Assembly: GCF_009914755.1 (NCBI RefSeq)
Contig: NC_060935.1
Source: the human T2T-CHM13v2.0 reference genome, Homo sapiens
Strand: one strand, 5' to 3'
Length of the DNA stretch: 64,000 nucleotides
A program made the position numbers and the translations under genes. The number at the start of each line of letters is the position of its first letter. Position 1 is the first letter of the stretch. Shown here one piece after another: positions 57,191 to 64,000 of this stretch. The notes under the pieces were generated by a model. The model was not told where the DNA came from and did not search any database. It was given only the letters and a program-made list of their open reading frames with translations.

Positions 57191-58277
57191 TGAACCTAAT
57201 CATGTTTCGAAAGCAATCTCTTGAGTGTGGTTGAGCATTAGCATTCACTCAGCTTCTGCATGCAGAAATCATGCAGAAAGTCAAGGACAGAGCAGCTCTG
57301 CCCAGGATAGTGCCTGCTAGCCTTGGATGGGCAGGGTAGACACTCTCATTCTCCAATCTGTCCTGTCGATTAGCAATCTGCTTTTTCCCTGTCCCTCAAG
57401 GTCCAGTCATGGGGGAGTACTTAGCCAGACTGCCCTGACCTTGTGGCCCCAGCTGGGAAGCAGAGACTAGGCAAGCTGCTGCGACTCACCTAATCTTCCC
57501 AGCAGCCATCCCTTTGTGCTTAAAGATGATTAATTGCATGGGAGAGTAAGTGTGTATCCCTCTCCTTGGCTGCAGTTGCCTCTCTCCCTCAAGCTCTGCG
57601 TAGCCAGCAGCATTTCACTCTTAACCTTGCAGTCTTCCTGGGCCTGATTTGCATCCACAAAGTTTCTATGTCCTATTTAGGAGTTGAACCATCTCTCCTT
57701 AGAGATCAAGGGGTGTGGTGCAGGGGACAAGCAGGAGGTGGTGTGGCTTATTCTGTCTGAGAGCAAGAGCCAACAACTCAGTTGTGACTGTGTATATTTG
57801 TGTGCGAGGGAAGATAGGGTGAGAATGGAATAATTCCACTTTGTTTTTACTTTTAAGTATTGCACAAATGGTCTCTGGAGTCCGCTGGCAGCTGGTAGAC
57901 TTTGATTTAAAAGCAATGAATTGTATCCTCCAGTTGTGAGTAAAATTACAAATATCTTCAAGATGCGCAGTGCTCTGAGAAAGGGAGCTCACTCATCCAG
58001 GCTCTGCGGATGCCTCCTGTCCAGAGAAGGACACAGCACCTCTCTCTCCAGAGGGGAAGTGGGAAATGCGGAGAAGACTGTGGGGAGCATGTCCCACAAC
58101 ACAGGGACTAGAGAAGAGTATGATTTAGGGACATAGCCTGGATCAGATATGGGGTAGGCAGGAATGGGAAGGCCAAGTGAAGCAACATGGGCCCCTTTCA
58201 GGCTCTGCAGGTAAAATCCTCTCAAATTCGTGTCTGGAGAGCAGCTGTGTAGTAGAATACCTGGTATCATCAGGTAG

Positions 58278-58606
<329 letters not shown>

Positions 58607-58658
58607 AGCAAATATTTACCAAGTGCCCGCAATACAGAAATAGAAAGTCAAAGCTGGG

Positions 58659-59048
58659 TGTTATGGTTTGGATCTGTGTCCCCACAGAATCTCATGTCGA
58701 ATCGTAATCCCCGTATTGGAGGCGGGGCCTGGTAGGAGGTGATTGTATCATTGGGGTGACCCTTCATAAAGAGTTTAGCACCATCCCGTTGGTGCTGTCC
58801 TCATGATAGTGAGTGAGTGATCATGAGATCCGGTTGTTTAAACGTGTGTGGCACCTCCCACTCTCGTTCTCTTTTCCTTGTTGCTCTGGCCATGTAAACT
58901 GCCTCACTCCCCCTTTGCCTTCTGCCATGATTGGAAACTTCCGTTATGCTTCCTGTACAGCCTACAGAATCATGAACCAATTAAACCTCTTTATAATTTG
59001 CCCAGTCTCAAGTATTTCTTCATAGCAGTGCAAGAACAGACTAATATG
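58659..59048 (+). mobile_element. MSTA MaLR solo LTR
   Basis: tgttatggtttggatctgtgtcccc...aattaaacctcttt...aacagactaata. Confidence 0.9.
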
Positions 59049-59350
59049 CGGGACATAGTGTCTCCCACCTGTAATCCCAGCACCTTGGGAGGCCAAGACA
59101 GGAAAATGGATTGAGGTCAGGAGTTTGAGACCAGGCTGGGCAAGATAGCAAGACTTCGTCTCTACAAAAAATAAAAAAAATGAGCCAGGTGTGGTGGCAT
59201 GTGTCCGTAGTCCCAGCTGCTCCCAGCTGCTTGAAAGGCTGAGGCAGAAGGATTGCTTGAGCCCAGGAGTCTGAGGCTGCGGTGAGCTGTGATTGCACTA
59301 CCGCACCCCAGCCTGGGCGACAAAACGAGACCCTGTCTCAAAAGAAATTA
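59049..59350 (+). mobile_element. AluJ (first ~7 nt apparently displaced to 58652-58658)
   Basis: cctgtaatcccagcaccttgggaggcc...ggattgcttgagcccaggag; internal 10-bp duplication tcccagctgc at 59211-59230. Confidence 0.88.
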
Positions 59351-59351
59351 A

Positions 59352-59514
59352 TAAAGTATGGTGCTCTTGGGATATGAAACCCGTGGATAGGGAGGACCAA
59401 CTTTTTGTATATATGCAGGTTCCACAGGGCCAACTTCAAGACTTGAGTATGTGTGGATTTTGGTATCCAAGGGGATCCTGAAATGAATTCCCCAACTCTA
59501 CTGAGGGACTGCTA
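59352..59514. mobile_element. MER8 (Tigger-derived) partial
   Basis: gaaacccgtggatagggaggaccaactttt...ggttccacagggcc...gacttgagtatgtgtggattttggtat. Confidence 0.75.
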
Positions 59515-60289
59515 TATATTCAATAATTGTTTTTCAAAGAGGTCACATCTTCTTGGTATAGTTAAGCATATTGCAGAAGGAGTTTAAGCAAGATGTATAC
59601 TTGGGGAAGGCAACCAAAGGGAAAGGTTGCTGAAAGGGAGATTTGGCCCCTTCTCAGCTAACCCTTTGGCCAGGGGCTCAGCTCCAAGACCCCCCGTCTG
59701 AACACCTGGGAATGAGAACACTGGGGCATGCCATTTTGAAAAGAAAAAACTACTAATTACCTGCATAGAATAGATATTAAGAAGAGATTTCTCTAGGGAT
59801 TTCAAAAAAAATAATCCATTGATTTAATAACTAACCAATTTCCTTATGGAAACAACGACATTTCATCAAGCACATGTTTAATTTTGGACATTCAACAATT
59901 TTCTGGATAAAAGAGAAAGAAACGCACGTGGGAGCACACACACACACTCACTCGCTCTTAAATGGTCTGGACCATTGACCCTGCCAATCTCAGTGCTTAC
60001 AGACCTGGTGAACATGAATGGGAAATTAGAATATAGGCTTTCTTCAATAGGTCTCAGTTTTTATGAACCGTACACAGAATGAGTATTTCGTTGCTTTGGT
60101 GTTGAACATTTTTTTTTTGGTTTTTGTTTTAAAATGACCAATCTACTTCATTTCATACTCACTGGAGAGATGAATCTGTTGTAATCGTGGAGGAAACCTT
60201 GGCTTTGTTGGACTTACTGAGAGATACTGTCTTCAACATGGTGCTCTCCTAAGGAAATTTCAAGAGTACTTTTAATCATTTGTGAGCAT

Positions 60290-61275
60290 ATAAGTTTAGT
60301 TTTAGATGCGTATAATATAAAACTCAAATTAGTGACTTAAGATGGATTTTGATATCTTTCCAACAAAAATGTCCAGAGAAAAAAATGGTCCGGGTTGGTG
60401 ACTCTGTGGCTGTGAAAGATCCAGGTTCTGCCTGTCTTCTGCTTCTTCTATTTGCCAAGACCAGCTTGGTCAGGGAGACCCTAATCCAGCAGCGCTAGAG
60501 GAATTAAACACACACACAGAGAAATATAGAGTGTGGAGTAGGAAATCAGGGGTCTCACAGCCTTCAGAGCTGAGAGCCTCGAACAGAGATTTACCCATGC
60601 ATTTCCTGACAGCAAGCCAGTGATAAGCATTGTTTCTATAGATTATAGATTAACTAAAACGATTCCTTATGGGAAATAAAGGGATGGGCCGAAATAAAGG
60701 GATGGGTTTGGCTAGTTATCTGCAGCAGGAACATATCGTTAAGGCACAGATCACTCATGCTGTTGTTTGTGGTTTAAGAATGTCTTTAAGCGGTTTTCCA
60801 CCCTGGGTGAGCCAGGTGTTCCTTGCCTTCATTCAGGTAAACCCACAACCTTCCAGCGTGGGCGTCATGGCCATCATGAACATGTCACAGTGCTGCAGAG
60901 ATTTTGTTTATGGCCAGTTTTGGGGCCAGTTTATGGCCAGATTCTGGGGGGCCTGTTCCCAACACTATTATTGGCACATGTTTTCCAACTCAAGGCCACC
61001 CATGACCCAAGATAATTACAGTAACATCTTAGAGTCACATTCTAGGCAGGAAGAAGGAGAAAGGGAGGAAAGAGCACAAAGGTGACCCTCCCAGTCAAGT
61101 AAACCCCTTTGAGATGCTTTCCCAGCAGCTCCAACGATGACTTCAGCCTATATAGCATTGGCCACACCTAGCTTCAAGGGAGACTGGGCATACTGTTACC
61201 CAGAAGAGTCCTGGGGTTCTATTAGCGTGTGAGTAGGGGAGAATGAGTGTTGGGGAGGAAATAGTCTCTGCTATG
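60290..61275 (-). mobile_element. MLT1K/L-like LTR split by MER9
   Basis: aaagatccaggttctgcctgtctt | ...cattggccacacctagcttcaaggggagactggg...ggggttctattag. Confidence 0.6.
60453..60964 (-). mobile_element. MER9 (HERV-K9/HML-3) solo LTR, 512 bp
   Basis: Minus strand starts TGTTGGGAACAGGCCCCCC...ctggccataaactggccccaaaactggcc; TSD ctatt at 60448-60452 and 60965-60969. Confidence 0.92.
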
Positions 61276-61728
61276 AGTTTTTTGCTTATGAACTGACTTT
61301 AAAATCCAATCTCCATGTAAGGTAGATCTCCAATGTAACTCAGAGCCCTCCAGGTCTTCTGGGGCTCTTTGTGACTTGCTCATTCCTAGAAGGCAGGAAT
61401 GCTGACATGGGCTAACCCAGAGGGCACTAGGGCACCAACTGACATGGTGTGAGTTTGCTCTGCAATTTGGATGGAGAGTAGAAGGGCAGAAAGTAGGTTC
61501 TTCATCCTTACTTTATAGAGGAAGAAAGCAAGTATAGCAGTGACAGTTTCTCAGGGACAAGAAGGGCTAGAAACATGGTAGTACAGGATGCAGGAAGGAA
61601 GAGGCAGAGCTTTATTGGTGGTGGGGAGGCGGGGGTGGGGATGGAGGGTGGGGCCTTTAGCACTTTGTATCACCAATGCTGAGTCCTGGGAGCCTTCTGT
61701 AGAGGGTGTGTCAGAAAATGTTCGGGAG

Positions 61729-62157
61729 TGTATTAGGCCATTCTTGCCTGGCTATAATGAAATACCTGAGACTGGGTAATTTATAAAGAAGAGAGGTTTA
61801 GTTGGCCCATGGTTCCACTGGCTTTACAGAAAGCATGGTGCTGGCATCTGCTCAGCTTCTTGGGAGGCCTCAGGAAGCTAATAATCATGGTGGAGGATGA
61901 AGGTGGAGCAGGCATGTCACAGGCCAGAGCAGGAGCAAGAAGGGTGGGGAAGATGCACACGATTGTCAATGACCAGATGTCCCAGATCTTGTGTGAACTC
62001 AGAGCAAGAGCTCATTTATCACCAAGGGGATGGCCCAAGCCATTCATGAGAGATCTGCCCCCATGATCCAAGCACCTCCCACTAGGTTCCCCCTCCAACA
62101 TTGAAGATTACATTTCAACATGAGATTTGGGTAGAGACAAATATCCAAACTATATCA
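61729..62157 (-). mobile_element. MSTA/MSTB MaLR solo LTR
   Basis: tgtattaggcc...aaatacctgagactgggtaatttata...ccaaactatatca; TSD gggag/aggag. Confidence 0.92.
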
Positions 62158-62309
62158 AGGAGTGTACAAGCACCCACTTTTGGAGTAGGCACTCTGCCAG
62201 GGAGGGAAATGTTTTTCTGCCCATACACAAATATACTCCTTGTTATATTGACTGCTGGATTTGGCCAATTTTCTTTTATTCAGCATACCACTCTAGTCTG
62301 CCTTTGGTC

Positions 62310-63320
<1,011 letters not shown>

Positions 63321-64000
63321 AAAAATAGTACTAAGAGATAATACTAATTGTTTTCAAGGATGGTTATAGATGCTTTTGCATTCATAGTTGCATATCTACA
63401 TAACAATTCAACCTCTCTTCCATCAGGGTGCCTAGTCAAGAAGGCAGGCACATAAACAACGGACCTTAAACTAAGGTGACAAGTGAGACATCAACAATAA
63501 GAACAAGGCCCCATGGGGCCACCAAGGAGGCACCAGGATCTCTGATCAAGCCAGTAGTGGGGTGGCAAATGACAATAAAACAATATTCATTTGTAGGAAA
63601 GGATTCACAAATCAAGGAGTTGAGACAGACCCCATAGGTCATCCAATTTCTTTCCTGTGAATGTAGCCATCTCCTCCCTTATATCCCATCAGAGGGAATT
63701 CGGTCTTTTCTTGAACAATTGCAGTGACCAGCAAGCTCAAAACCATGGACGTCTGCTATATCCATTGCTGAATGCTCCATTTGTTAGAAAGTCCCTGGTC
63801 ATAGTGATCTCAACTCAGTCTCTTCGAAACTTGTACTCATTGTCCCTCTTTCTATTTTGTGGGTTAACAAGAGGCAGGTCTCTTAGAACATGACTGAATG
63901 CCCTTGGCAGTGGCTTTCAAACTGTCCTGTGAAAGCCAGGTTTCCTGGAGATGCCTCTTCTAAATGCTCTGTTTTGAACTGTGTATGTTCCTTTACAGAG

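Noticed and set aside
60669-61085. 138-aa ORF
   Set aside because: Antisense to the MER9 LTR and running into MLT1; no recognisable domain.

Overview
Primate (most likely human) non-coding genomic DNA, intergenic or deep intronic. I find no credible protein-coding exon, RNA gene or CRISPR array. The long ORFs in the track are Alu, L1, LTR or simple-repeat read-throughs. Much of the window is transposable-element derived: about 20 Alus, several L1 fragments, many MIR/L2 relics and DNA-transposon MITEs (MER5, MER82, MER8, MADE1). It also has an LTR set: solo MER11C-like, MER9 and LTR9 copies with TSDs, an LTR47-like element, two MSTA, and several MLT1/MLT2. Subfamily names are from recalled consensus sequences, not a database search, and boundaries of ancient elements are approximate. 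I cannot support a new biological system. The best leads are a 43-nt orphan sequence plus A20 between TSD-like repeats (6982-7080), an apparently internally primed tail-less L1 (8156-9034), a MER5>Alu>MADE1 nest, an in-frame ~0.5 kb ORF2 deletion in an L1PA16-like copy, LTR-borne promoter/enhancer modules, and a speculative spliced lncRNA at ~4.8-7.0 kb.
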